A stretch of 55,033 bases of DNA from a virus, in the UHGV virus genome UHGV-0072939; one strand, given 5' to 3'. This document shows positions 1-8,911 of the stretch, one piece after another (position 1 is the first letter of the stretch; the number at the start of each line of letters is the position of its first letter). The position numbers and the translations under genes were made by a program. Below the pieces are notes generated by a model that ran no database searches, was not told where the DNA came from, and worked only from the letters and a program-made list of their open reading frames with translations.

Positions 1-49
1 AATAAACAGTATTTCATGTACCGTTTTTACCCATTAAAAGGAGTTCACC

Positions 50-289
50 ATGTTCGTCGAACTGGTTTACGACAAACGCAATGTGGCAGGGTTACCTGGG
101 GCAAAGGAAATCATCCTGAATGAGCTGACCAAGCGAGTGCATCATATCTTCCCTGATGCAGAGGTGAGGGTTAAGCCAATGCAGGCGAACGCATTAAACA
201 GCGACTGTACCAAAACAGAAAAGGAACGGTTAAACCGCATGCTGGAGGAAATGTTCGAAGAATCTGATTTTTGGATGGTAGCCGAATAA
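50..289 (+). CDS. dinI: DinI-like DNA-damage-inducible protein
   Basis: 79-aa ORF with AAGGAG Shine-Dalgarno 8 nt upstream of ATG at 50; size and acidic C-terminal tail (EESDFWMVAE) resemble DinI family as recalled from memory. Confidence 0.75.
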   Translation: MFVELVYDKRNVAGLPGAKEIILNELTKRVHHIFPDAEVRVKPMQANALNSDCTKTEKERLNRMLEEMFEESDFWMVAE

Positions 290-412
290 TAAACTTTGTT
301 TTTGCATTGCTGTTTTATAGAATCCGCCGCCAGCCGGATATTTTCAATACTCGCACTATCGATTAAAACTGGCTGGCCGCAGCCCCTCTATATACGGGGA
401 GCTGCGGTATTT

Positions 413-793
413 TCACATTACCGGGCAGTCATCAAATTCATCAGAACGCGCATCGTTGATAATGTAGATCACGACGCCAAAAACACCACTCTCATCAAGT
501 TCTGACAGGTCGTCACACTTCAACGGGTCATCGAGTCTTTCCAGAACAGTGCTCCGGGAAAATCGAATACGGCGCAGAGTAAACTCGCCAGCAATAGCAC
601 AGATCACGATTGAACCTTCACAGGCTCTGACACCAGAGTCCACCACCAGCAACGCATCTTTCATAATACCAGCACGCCAGTACGACTGGCCGGCACGCAT
701 GAAATACGTCGAAGACGGGCTTCTGATAAGCTGTTCGTCCAGTGAAATTCTTCGCTCAACATAGTCCTGCGCTGGCGACGGAAACGGCCCCAT
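413..793 (-). CDS. UmuD'-like S24 peptidase-fold protein, starting at the position of the UmuD cleavage site, with catalytic Lys replaced by Arg
   Basis: 126 aa from ATG 793..791, which overlaps the upstream stop as TAATG; aligns by eye to E. coli UmuD residues ~25-139 (GPFPSPAQDYVE vs GFPSPAADYVE, STYF, LLVVDS, GEFT, VFGVVI); GDSM appears as GQSY and the KK after GEFT as RR. Confidence 0.7.
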   Translation of the reverse strand: MGPFPSPAQDYVERRISLDEQLIRSPSSTYFMRAGQSYWRAGIMKDALLVVDSGVRACEGSIVICAIAGEFTLRRIRFSRSTVLERLDDPLKCDDLSELDESGVFGVVIYIINDARSDEFDDCPVM

Positions 794-1035
794 TACCACA
801 CCCTCCCCATCGCGCGGAGTATCCAGTATCTGTTCTCCGTCTGCTGGGTTGTCTTGTCTGTAAAATCGCCCTGATATCTCTTGATCCAGGCGTTGGCCTC
901 CTTCTCCGTGAAAAACCATCCACGCGATCGTAATTCGCGGATAAAGTCACAGGTCTGCAGGTACTGGTAACCCTTCGGATTGAGCTGCACGGCAGCCATG
1001 AATGCAAACTGAATGTCATTTTCTCTCGGCATGAT
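793..1035 (-). CDS. hypothetical small protein (80 aa), translationally coupled to the UmuD'-like gene
   Basis: ATG at 1035..1033 preceded by GAGGTG; stop TAA 795..793 overlaps downstream ATG; no family recognised. Confidence 0.5.
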   Translation of the reverse strand: MMPRENDIQFAFMAAVQLNPKGYQYLQTCDFIRELRSRGWFFTEKEANAWIKRYQGDFTDKTTQQTENRYWILRAMGRVW

Positions 1036-1249
1036 ACACCTCTCATCAATACTGATTATACATACAGTAGTTTTAACGAGAGAGCAGATCAACCCCTGAT
1101 TTCTGGCTTTCCTGTAACCCGTTATGGGATGAAGATTTTTAGTTTTCCGGGGCAGCCGCTGGTAAACTGCGCGGCGGTTGCCAACGGCATGAACACCCGT
1201 CAACCAGCCGCAGCCCGCTCTGCATACGGCGGGGCTGCGGCGCCACAGT

Positions 1250-1446
1250 CTACTTCGCTACAGCCTCCTCTGGGTCAGGTTCAGCTGGCGCGATGAAGTT
1301 TTCACCATTCCACGCATAGCCTATAGATACTCCCCGCCCCTCGGCCAGGACAAGCTCAAGACCCTCTCCCGGATCATAATCGGTTATACCATCCCATTCG
1401 ATAACATTGACGACGAGACCATTTTGAACAACTGCGTAAATGCTCA
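1250..1446 (-). CDS. hypothetical small phage protein (65 aa); possibly a tail-fibre-assembly remnant
   Basis: internal ATG at 1446..1444 of the 149-aa ORF; the upstream part of that ORF overlaps the acyltransferase gene in another frame; function not recognised. Confidence 0.4.
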
Positions 1447-1509
1447 TATTTTCTCCATATATTAACGAAAAACCCAGCCGGAGCTGGGTTATAGAGCGTT
1501 TAGTTAACG

Positions 1510-2628
1510 TTATGCTACTGCAGGTTTTCTTTCCAGCATCCCTCTTATTGCTTTCCTTGCTGGCACTTCCACGAAGTGGAAAAGCAGCGCTGAGATTGCT
1601 ATGGTTACCAACCAATACATCACGTACATGGTAGTTGGGTTTTCTTTTAGTATATCCCCATGAAATATACGTAAGTAATTCAATATTACCTGATGACACA
1701 TATACACAGAGAAACTGATCTCACCAAGATAAACAAAGTACTTATTTGATAAAAAATTAGATATCATGCCATTTTGACGTGAAAAGACAAAAACAAGAAA
1801 ACCAATAGTAGGGAAACTACCAGCTACAGCAAGCCAGTAAAAAAACGTTGCCATTGGCGAGTTGCTCCAATATCCATATAGTGAGCTAAATGTACATAAC
1901 GACAAAAAAACAAGAATTATGCTAATTAATTCAGCAGACATAAGCCTGCGATTATTTCCTTCAACATTTACAATCTTGTTTTTCATGCTAAATACATACA
2001 TGCCAAACGCAAATTCAGCAAGCCTTGAAACTGGATTTATATACACTAAGTAATACCCATCAACTGAGTCGTTCCCTGAATGCAAGGGTATTGACATTGC
2101 GGCACAGGCAATAGAGATAACTATCGGGAACGAAATGCAAAACAGCAAAACAGAATTCCCATACTTTCTGCCAAGAACCAATAGGAACGGGAACATCGCA
2201 TAGAAAAACAACTCAGTAGACACACTCCACGAAACTGCATTGTATGAAAAATAAAACTTTTGATAAGGAATCCATGATTGCATCAAAACTGAGTTTACTG
2301 AAAACACATCAGAGTAACTCTTCCCACTCTCATAAAAAATGTTAGGACCAAAAACAAAAAGGCATGTTATCAACATAACCAAGTGCAAAGGCCATATCCT
2401 TGCAATCCTGGCAATTAAAAACCTGAGATAGCCACTTTTAATATCCATATTGTAATACGTGAAAGAAAGTATAAATCCAGACAAAACATAAAAGAAAGAA
2501 ACGGCGTTATTTAGTTGAATCGAACCAATTCTAAACACCTCAAAGCCCGGTGCATTCCCCGCATGCCCTATGACAATCATTGCGGCAGCAAAAAAACGAA
2601 TGGAGGTTAACGAATTAATTTTATTCAT
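1510..2628 (-). CDS. acyltransferase family 3 integral membrane protein (O-antigen acetyltransferase-like, serotype-conversion candidate)
   Basis: 372 aa, multiple hydrophobic helices, N-terminal SIRFFAAAMIVIGHAG motif typical of acyltransferase-3/OafA/Oac family; AT-rich composition; directly downstream of tail fibre gene. Confidence 0.8.
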   Translation of the reverse strand: MNKINSLTSIRFFAAAMIVIGHAGNAPGFEVFRIGSIQLNNAVSFFYVLSGFILSFTYYNMDIKSGYLRFLIARIARIWPLHLVMLITCLFVFGPNIFYESGKSYSDVFSVNSVLMQSWIPYQKFYFSYNAVSWSVSTELFFYAMFPFLLVLGRKYGNSVLLFCISFPIVISIACAAMSIPLHSGNDSVDGYYLVYINPVSRLAEFAFGMYVFSMKNKIVNVEGNNRRLMSAELISIILVFLSLCTFSSLYGYWSNSPMATFFYWLAVAGSFPTIGFLVFVFSRQNGMISNFLSNKYFVYLGEISFSVYMCHQVILNYLRIFHGDILKENPTTMYVMYWLVTIAISALLFHFVEVPARKAIRGMLERKPAVA

Positions 2629-2707
2629 GTTTTATCATAACTTGTCTTTGGGATTTTGATGTAAAGTAGATCATGGCATAAATGATTAGTTTATGCCATG
2701 GCGATCA

Positions 2708-3556
2708 TCATGCGTACTCGCAAACTGTCACAAATCCCTTTCCTCCATTGAAACCAGCCCTTGCGGGCTGGTTAATAAGATTGACCAAACCTCCCGCGCC
2801 AGAGCCATTTTCCCCATCACCACCAGTACCACCCGCAGAATACGGAGATGCCGCACCAGTACCAAGGTTTCCTACGGAACCATTCACCACAGTTGACCCA
2901 GCGCCGGCCTTTCCCTTAGTTGAAATAATGTTACCACCTGTAGGTGCAGTAGTTTCTGTGCTGCCCCCTCTGGAAGTTGGAAAAGAGATTGCTGTGCTTC
3001 CTGTAGATCCACCTCCGTTTCCACCAGGGCAAACAATTAAAGACCCGAAACTTGAAGTGCCACCAGTCCCACCATCGCCCCCGCCTGCCGTCCCTGCGGC
3101 ACCACCCACCCCGATAGTGACGGCTTGGGATGAGCCGATTTGCACTGCTGTAAATATCCCCTTCGCATACGCTCCCGACCCACCGGCTCCTGATGCTCCT
3201 ACACTACTGGAGCCCGTTGCAGGCACACCACCACTTCCTCCACCAGCCCCCTGAACCTCTACAATTGAGAACGTCATTCCAGGAGTAGGCGTAAAGTTTG
3301 CTGAAGATGTGAACGTCCTGACGTTAAGAAGACGCCCTGAAATGGGGAGTAGCTTTTTCAGCGCAGTCAGTACCTGGGTCATATTGTTGGGATCCAGCGT
3401 CATTCCCGCCGATTCGACTATGTTTGCCAGCTCCTCCTGCAAAGCATTAAAGGCCGGTGCGCGAAGACGCGTCGCCGGGGTTCCGCCGGCAACGTTGCCA
3501 TCGGTATATTTGCCATCGGATGTGGCAGTAGGCTCAACTTGCCCGATTCTGAGCAT
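2708..3556 (-). CDS. tail fibre protein (Gly-rich, Mu S / Stf-like)
   Basis: 282 aa, GAGGA SD before ATG 3556; long Gly/Ser/Thr-rich stretches (GGGSGG, GGTGGT) typical of side tail fibres; position after the Mu R-like gene. Confidence 0.7.
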   Translation of the reverse strand: MLRIGQVEPTATSDGKYTDGNVAGGTPATRLRAPAFNALQEELANIVESAGMTLDPNNMTQVLTALKKLLPISGRLLNVRTFTSSANFTPTPGMTFSIVEVQGAGGGSGGVPATGSSSVGASGAGGSGAYAKGIFTAVQIGSSQAVTIGVGGAAGTAGGGDGGTGGTSSFGSLIVCPGGNGGGSTGSTAISFPTSRGGSTETTAPTGGNIISTKGKAGAGSTVVNGSVGNLGTGAASPYSAGGTGGDGENGSGAGGLVNLINQPARAGFNGGKGFVTVCEYA

Positions 3557-3610
3557 GGGTCATCCTCACTTGATTAAGCGATTAAAATGAAAGTCATGAT
3601 GTTGTGTCAG

Positions 3611-4204
3611 TTATGCGTAACTGAAAATAAGACGCAGATGCGAGGGCGCAATTTTAGTGATCGCGCACTCGAGTTGTTTATTTCCCCAGGAGGCCAGAGA
3701 ATCACCGCAGTAAGATGCACCTGACAGTGCGTATTTGATGGTGGTTTGCGGGGCGTTAATCTGCCAGGTAAAAGGCCACTCATCGCCGTTCAGGGCATCG
3801 CCGCACGCCGACATACCGCACATCGCGGGGCGAAACTGTGTGATGGTGATGGTATACCCCAGCTCCGCCGCCACGCGGATGTAGTAATCGCGGTTCAGGC
3901 CGCCGGTACTGATGAGCTTTGCCACCACCAGGCGCTGGCGATCGCTGACTCCATCGATTTCACCGATAGTGCAGTCATCCGGCAGACCAAGCGTCGCTTC
4001 CCATTCCGGAAGCATACTGGTCGCAGTGGGCGGAAATGCCCCGGCAATGAGATTTACCGCATCGTCATCCGAACGCTGGAATGCACTTGCCAGGGCGCGC
4101 AGAACCGCCGCCTGTACTGTTTTTGATGCCCGTGGCCATGCCCTGCCGGTGGGCAGCAGCGCACCCAGCGCGCCGGCGTAATCATCTTTCGAAAAGAGGC
4201 TCAT
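3611..4204 (-). CDS. tail protein, YmfQ/DUF2313-like (Mu gp48 position)
   Basis: 197 aa; gene order and recalled similarity to e14 YmfQ / Mu R family. Confidence 0.65.
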   Translation of the reverse strand: MSLFSKDDYAGALGALLPTGRAWPRASKTVQAAVLRALASAFQRSDDDAVNLIAGAFPPTATSMLPEWEATLGLPDDCTIGEIDGVSDRQRLVVAKLISTGGLNRDYYIRVAAELGYTITITQFRPAMCGMSACGDALNGDEWPFTWQINAPQTTIKYALSGASYCGDSLASWGNKQLECAITKIAPSHLRLIFSYA

Positions 4205-5343
4205 ACAAAATGCACCTCACCCAGCACCGGAATTTCACCCACCGCAAACGTAATATTGGCCGTCGGAGAGTTCAGGATATAGCCCGTGGTGCCGTTAACA
4301 TCACCGATGCTCCCGTTGATATCCGAGAGATACACTTTCCCGGAGCCGTCAGGATTGGCCTCATCAAAAAACAGCGTTGTCAGCGCATCCCTGATGCCCT
4401 GTACCGTGGTGCTGTCGGCATTTTTGATCCCCGCAATTTCGACGTCGATGGTTTTCGGGACTGGAGAGCACACAAACACGATGGCTGTGTCAGTCTGCAG
4501 CGGGTAGATGTGATCGGCGACAGCCAGCTGGTCCCCGGTGGCCCTGAGCGCCCCCCAGTCTTCCAGCTGCGATATTCCGTCGGTACCGACAGGAAACCCG
4601 CCGCTGGCGTTCCGGTCACACATGATGTACACCCCGACGGTCCCGGCCCCGTTCAGGCGACGTTTTACCCACGCCCGGGTCACGCCAGGTACCTCGAGCG
4701 CCCATTTTTTATAATCGGTATCGCTGCCTCCCTGTGGCGGATTCTGCCATGCCAGCAGGCCACGGCTGCGAAACTCGTCTTCACTTTCAATGTCCGCCCC
4801 GCCGGTAGCGGCAGACAGCAGCGTCACCTGCGCATCCACCCCGGCAATATTGGCATCCAGTGTCAGAAGGGTCCCGGCATCCGCATTACCGCGGGCACCG
4901 CCCCCGGTCACATCGCTGGTGATATCCGGCAGTATGGCGGTCACGGCAACAGTACCATAGCCATTCGCCTGAATTTTCAGCTCAGCATCCGTGCGATACT
5001 GGTATCCGTCGCCACGGTTCAGGATCGTACCCGGAGGAATGATGCTGTCAGCGGCACCGGAGGCCTGTGCCGATGGCGATTTCGCGGCCATGGCTGGTTT
5101 ACGAAAAACCTGCTTCATGGCCATCCATCCTGCCTGGAACTCATCGGTAGACGTGAACGGGTTCGTCTGCAGGGCTATATAGTCCAGGTAGGCGTAGTGC
5201 AGATGTCCCATCCCGGCATCCATATCGGCGAGCACTTTCAGGTTAGCGAAGCGCAGCAGCGCGCCGACTCCCTCCAGCTCCGCCTGCATAAACTTCCGGT
5301 TTCCGTCACGCAGCTCGCTGAGCGTCGGTCGTTTAAACGGCAT
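4201..5343 (-). CDS. baseplate J-like protein (Mu gp47 / P2 gpJ family)
   Basis: 380 aa; synteny within Mu-like baseplate block; ATGA overlap with neighbours. Confidence 0.8.
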   Translation of the reverse strand: MPFKRPTLSELRDGNRKFMQAELEGVGALLRFANLKVLADMDAGMGHLHYAYLDYIALQTNPFTSTDEFQAGWMAMKQVFRKPAMAAKSPSAQASGAADSIIPPGTILNRGDGYQYRTDAELKIQANGYGTVAVTAILPDITSDVTGGGARGNADAGTLLTLDANIAGVDAQVTLLSAATGGADIESEDEFRSRGLLAWQNPPQGGSDTDYKKWALEVPGVTRAWVKRRLNGAGTVGVYIMCDRNASGGFPVGTDGISQLEDWGALRATGDQLAVADHIYPLQTDTAIVFVCSPVPKTIDVEIAGIKNADSTTVQGIRDALTTLFFDEANPDGSGKVYLSDINGSIGDVNGTTGYILNSPTANITFAVGEIPVLGEVHFV

Positions 5344-5344
5344 A

Positions 5345-5782
5345 TTAACGTTGCTCCCATATCCAGTAAAACCTGAATTCCTGCCAGTCTTTGCCCGGTG
5401 CCAGATACCGGATGATGAGGTTCAGGCGGTTCGGCATGACGATCTGCGCAACGGGGATAACATCGCTGACCACGCCATCATCCTTAAGCCAGGCAAGAGC
5501 CTCGCGCGCATATTCCTCCGCTCTTTTCGCCACGTCGGTCGTCAGTTTCTGCCTCCGGAGTAACCACAACCTTGACCCGAGCTGCGATTCATCACCAGAA
5601 TCCCCCCACCAGCCACGGCGATCGCTGCCTTCATAATCGTCATCCGCGCGCGCCAGCCGGTCGGTAAACAGGCTGTCCAGTATCGCGGTCTGTAAATCGT
5701 ACCCGGTGGTGAGTGCACCCGGGCCTTCCTGCCAGTCGGCAACCATCTCGTCCACGTTCCAGAAAGAGGCAATGTCGCTCAT
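5345..5782 (-). CDS. baseplate protein, Mu gp46-like
   Basis: 145 aa; position between V-like and J-like genes; recalled GP46 family features. Confidence 0.7.
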   Translation of the reverse strand: MSDIASFWNVDEMVADWQEGPGALTTGYDLQTAILDSLFTDRLARADDDYEGSDRRGWWGDSGDESQLGSRLWLLRRQKLTTDVAKRAEEYAREALAWLKDDGVVSDVIPVAQIVMPNRLNLIIRYLAPGKDWQEFRFYWIWEQR

Positions 5783-6363
5783 GTCACCTGCTCCTCGGGT
5801 TGTTCACTGCGGATATCGTCATTGCCTCTCTGGGCATTTTTAACCAGGTGATCGTGGTCGTTGTGTGCATCCCGCAGGTCTTTCAGCGTTCTGCTGTTGG
5901 TGTCGCAATTGTCCACGATGTCGCCGGTACATCTCAGAAGCGGGGTGTTCGCCAGAATCCCCTTGCTGGCGTTAATGGTCACGCTTGTGGCGTTGTTGAC
6001 TTCCACATCCCTGCCTTTTGCATCGACAAATACCCCCTCTTTGGTCAACAGCACCTCCTGCCCCCACTGGCTGTAGATAACGGTTTCGCCGTCTTTCAGC
6101 CCGGTGCGCCGGTACCCCTGATGATTCGTGGCAATGACCACCGGACTTGAACGGTCACCGCCAATAAAGGCCAGGACCACGTCGGTGCCTTTTGGCAGCC
6201 CGGAAGAAAAGCCAAACTCGGCGAGCCGCGGCGCGCTGGCGACCTCAAGCGGCGTCTGGTACTGAACAGTCTGCACAACACCACTGTCTTTCAGCGCAGT
6301 GATCCGGCCAATGCCCAGCATGCTGGCGATGCGGGTGGCGGCGCGCCTGACTAACTGGTTCAT
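5779..6363 (-). CDS. baseplate assembly protein V-like (Mu gp45)
   Basis: 194 aa; synteny; N-terminal OB-like region typical of gpV spike proteins. Confidence 0.7.
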   Translation of the reverse strand: MNQLVRRAATRIASMLGIGRITALKDSGVVQTVQYQTPLEVASAPRLAEFGFSSGLPKGTDVVLAFIGGDRSSPVVIATNHQGYRRTGLKDGETVIYSQWGQEVLLTKEGVFVDAKGRDVEVNNATSVTINASKGILANTPLLRCTGDIVDNCDTNSRTLKDLRDAHNDHDHLVKNAQRGNDDIRSEQPEEQVT

Positions 6364-7445
6364 GTATTTAACCCCGGTATCTGCTGGTAGAAGGCGTAGG
6401 GCTGAACTTCAAACGCTGCCGGCGGCATCAGTGTCATGCGTGCATGCGTCCCGTTGTCATCACGCATGTAGGTGACATCTGCCAGCAGCAGCTCGGTATC
6501 AGGGAGGCGGAACGTCGGCATATTCACCGGAATAAGGGTATTGGGCTCCCACAGATTCCCCGCCTCATCCCGCCAGGAGTCTGTCGTCACAGTCAGCGGC
6601 TTCGAGCGGCCATACCGGCGGTTCATTTCCCAGTCGATAGCGCGCTGCGCCTGTTGCGATGCCATCAGAGTGCTTTCAATAATGGAAATATGCTTTCGGT
6701 AGCGCATGCGGGCGGCTTCTGGATCCCTCGCCGTCGCCAGCGTCACGGCGTCATAGGCCGAATCCGGCGAATAGCCTGCTATCGGGGAAATACCCATAGA
6801 AACACCGACATAGTCAGAAAACCTGTCAGCCATCGATTTACGGTAATAAGCCTGCTCGACGTTCACACCCTCGGCAATACCGCTGGCGGCACGGCGCGTA
6901 CCTACGCGGGTCAGCAGCAGGTTGCCGTCAGGCTGGTCGTAATAAAGCAGGGCTGACCACCGGGCCACCCGCTCTATAATCTCTTGCGGTGACTCCCCCC
7001 AGTTAAGGGTGAACTGGGGAACCTTAATCAGATCGCTTACATCCGTCGAGACGCTGATGCCGTAATACGACGCCAGCCGCGTGGCGATTTCCAGCGCATT
7101 ACCGCCATTGATGACGTTATTGGGCCACTCAGCGGAGCAATCCACCAGATCCTGGCATTTGCTTCTCCCCGTCGCGCGCACCTCGTGGCGGGAGCGCGAT
7201 ATTGACGGCTCCCAGTCATCCACATAGCCCGTCAGTGTCAGGTCATTCCCGATACGGACGGTACAGGGCATCCCTTCTTCCACAAGCTGGCGGTTATCAC
7301 TGCCGGGGAAATAATCCATCAGGCCAAGATCGAAATCTGAGGGGAAACGTTCAATACCGCGGGTCACCCTGACAGAATCCCAGCCCTCAATAATTTTACC
7401 GCCGACCGTCAGCGAGACGGCTTCCTGCTCGCTGTCTGCACTCAT
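6360..7445 (-). CDS. baseplate hub / tail protein, Mu P (gp44)-like, P2 gpD-like
   Basis: 361 aa; synteny between DNA-circulation-like and V-like genes. Confidence 0.7.
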   Translation of the reverse strand: MSADSEQEAVSLTVGGKIIEGWDSVRVTRGIERFPSDFDLGLMDYFPGSDNRQLVEEGMPCTVRIGNDLTLTGYVDDWEPSISRSRHEVRATGRSKCQDLVDCSAEWPNNVINGGNALEIATRLASYYGISVSTDVSDLIKVPQFTLNWGESPQEIIERVARWSALLYYDQPDGNLLLTRVGTRRAASGIAEGVNVEQAYYRKSMADRFSDYVGVSMGISPIAGYSPDSAYDAVTLATARDPEAARMRYRKHISIIESTLMASQQAQRAIDWEMNRRYGRSKPLTVTTDSWRDEAGNLWEPNTLIPVNMPTFRLPDTELLLADVTYMRDDNGTHARMTLMPPAAFEVQPYAFYQQIPGLNT

Positions 7446-8845
7446 TGTCTCAGTACCTTCATGGTTACCGGCATAAACGCCGGATGCGGAACGCGCGCTT
7501 CCTGCACCAGTTCATCCGCACGGGCGGCATCCTGATACAGCCGGTTAGCCAGTGTCAGCGCCGGAAGGGGCTGCGCCATCGTGACCTGAATCAGTTCGCT
7601 CAGCCCGGATGCGCGATCGCTCATTGTGGCTAAAAAGGAAGATCTGATGGCGAGCAGACTGCCATACATACCGTCCTCCGCCCGGTCACCGGCCAGCACC
7701 AGCGCCTTATCCAGCTGAACAGAAACCCGCTGCGTTATCGCTTCAGCCTCATCGCGGCTGGTCGGGCTGGCATCAGCCGCTGCGCGGGTCATGGCCCCCG
7801 TGCACAACACAACGATCAGCGTGTTCATGGTCGCGGATATCGCCTTGCTGCTGTCGGATTGCTGGTATTCCGTGCTGATGGCATTAGCCAGTTTTTCCAG
7901 TGCTGAGATCCGGTCATTCACGCTGCCGGCACTGTCAAGAATGGCATTCACAACATCGGCGACACCCTGCACAAAGTCATCCGGGTTGGTTGAGTTATTC
8001 AGATGATCCACGGTATCGGTGATGTTTTTCCGGTCCATCACCGACTGCGCGGTCACCTGGTCGGCAAGCGCCTGAGTGTCCTCCACGTCGGCAGTCGGCG
8101 TATTGCCTGAAACAGCGGAAGAGCTACCACCGACTGGCCCCTTGCTGTAACGGCCATATTGCGTATTTCCAAACGTGGAATTCAGGACGTTACTGAGGTT
8201 TGTGACTTCGCTGATGGTGCTGTCCACCATATTCGTCCAGAACGTGACGGTACCTTTAATGGTGTTGATCGCCTGCGTAACACCGCGGATTTCACCCTTT
8301 ATCCTGGCGAGCGTACTGGCGACCGTCGTGCTCACCAGTTTCAGGTAGTTGGTGTTTACCGTATCGCCTGCGGTGGTACTGTCCGTGACCGCAAATACTT
8401 TAAGGCCTGACTCAATCGCCATCAGGGTGAACTCAAACACTCGGCCATTTTCTGTCGATCCGGAAATACGCAGACCGTTTTCAGGAATAGAAACCGTTAA
8501 TTCGCCGAGCGTCGGGTGGATCAGGGTACCGCTTCCCTTTGCTTCACAGGCGGCGATCAGCGACTGACGCTGGGTAATGGCATCGCCGCCGCCGTAGACC
8601 TGGCTGTTCTGGATAAGGAACCCGCGAATAATAAACCGCCGGGTGGCGCGGCCGATATCTTCAATCCACGCGGTATCACGCCAGGGGTACTCATGCACGG
8701 CCTGACGACGGCCGTGGCTGCCCTCTTCTGCCACAACGGCAAACGGCACGCCGCGAAACGAGCTGGCGCGCAGCTGGCTCTGCCAGTCATCGCTGGCACC
8801 ACCACCCATCAGGGACGTTATTACATCCTGGATAACTGGCATCAC
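7442..8845 (-). CDS. DNA circulation protein N-like (Mu gp43)
   Basis: 467 aa; position immediately downstream of tape measure; recalled family resemblance. Confidence 0.65.
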   Translation of the reverse strand: MMPVIQDVITSLMGGGASDDWQSQLRASSFRGVPFAVVAEEGSHGRRQAVHEYPWRDTAWIEDIGRATRRFIIRGFLIQNSQVYGGGDAITQRQSLIAACEAKGSGTLIHPTLGELTVSIPENGLRISGSTENGRVFEFTLMAIESGLKVFAVTDSTTAGDTVNTNYLKLVSTTVASTLARIKGEIRGVTQAINTIKGTVTFWTNMVDSTISEVTNLSNVLNSTFGNTQYGRYSKGPVGGSSSAVSGNTPTADVEDTQALADQVTAQSVMDRKNITDTVDHLNNSTNPDDFVQGVADVVNAILDSAGSVNDRISALEKLANAISTEYQQSDSSKAISATMNTLIVVLCTGAMTRAAADASPTSRDEAEAITQRVSVQLDKALVLAGDRAEDGMYGSLLAIRSSFLATMSDRASGLSELIQVTMAQPLPALTLANRLYQDAARADELVQEARVPHPAFMPVTMKVLRQ

Positions 8846-8911
8846 GCCTCCGGAAATAAAAAACCGCCAGAGCGGCGGTTAACATTGCTGATAGCGACCG
8901 GAATTTCTCGG

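Noticed and set aside
1-49. LexA (SOS) box upstream of the DinI-like gene
   Set aside because: Only a possible right half-site (ACAG at 6-9 within ATAAACAGTAT) is inside the window; the CTGT half would lie left of position 1, so the box cannot be confirmed from this window
2682-3254. 190-aa Pro-rich plus-strand ORF
   Set aside because: Antisense shadow of the Gly-rich tail fibre gene (Gly codons GGN read as Pro on the opposite strand)
4081-5376. 431-aa plus-strand ORF
   Set aside because: Lies entirely antisense to the baseplate J-like gene in GC-rich DNA; Arg/Gly/His-rich low-complexity translation typical of shadow ORFs; no RBS
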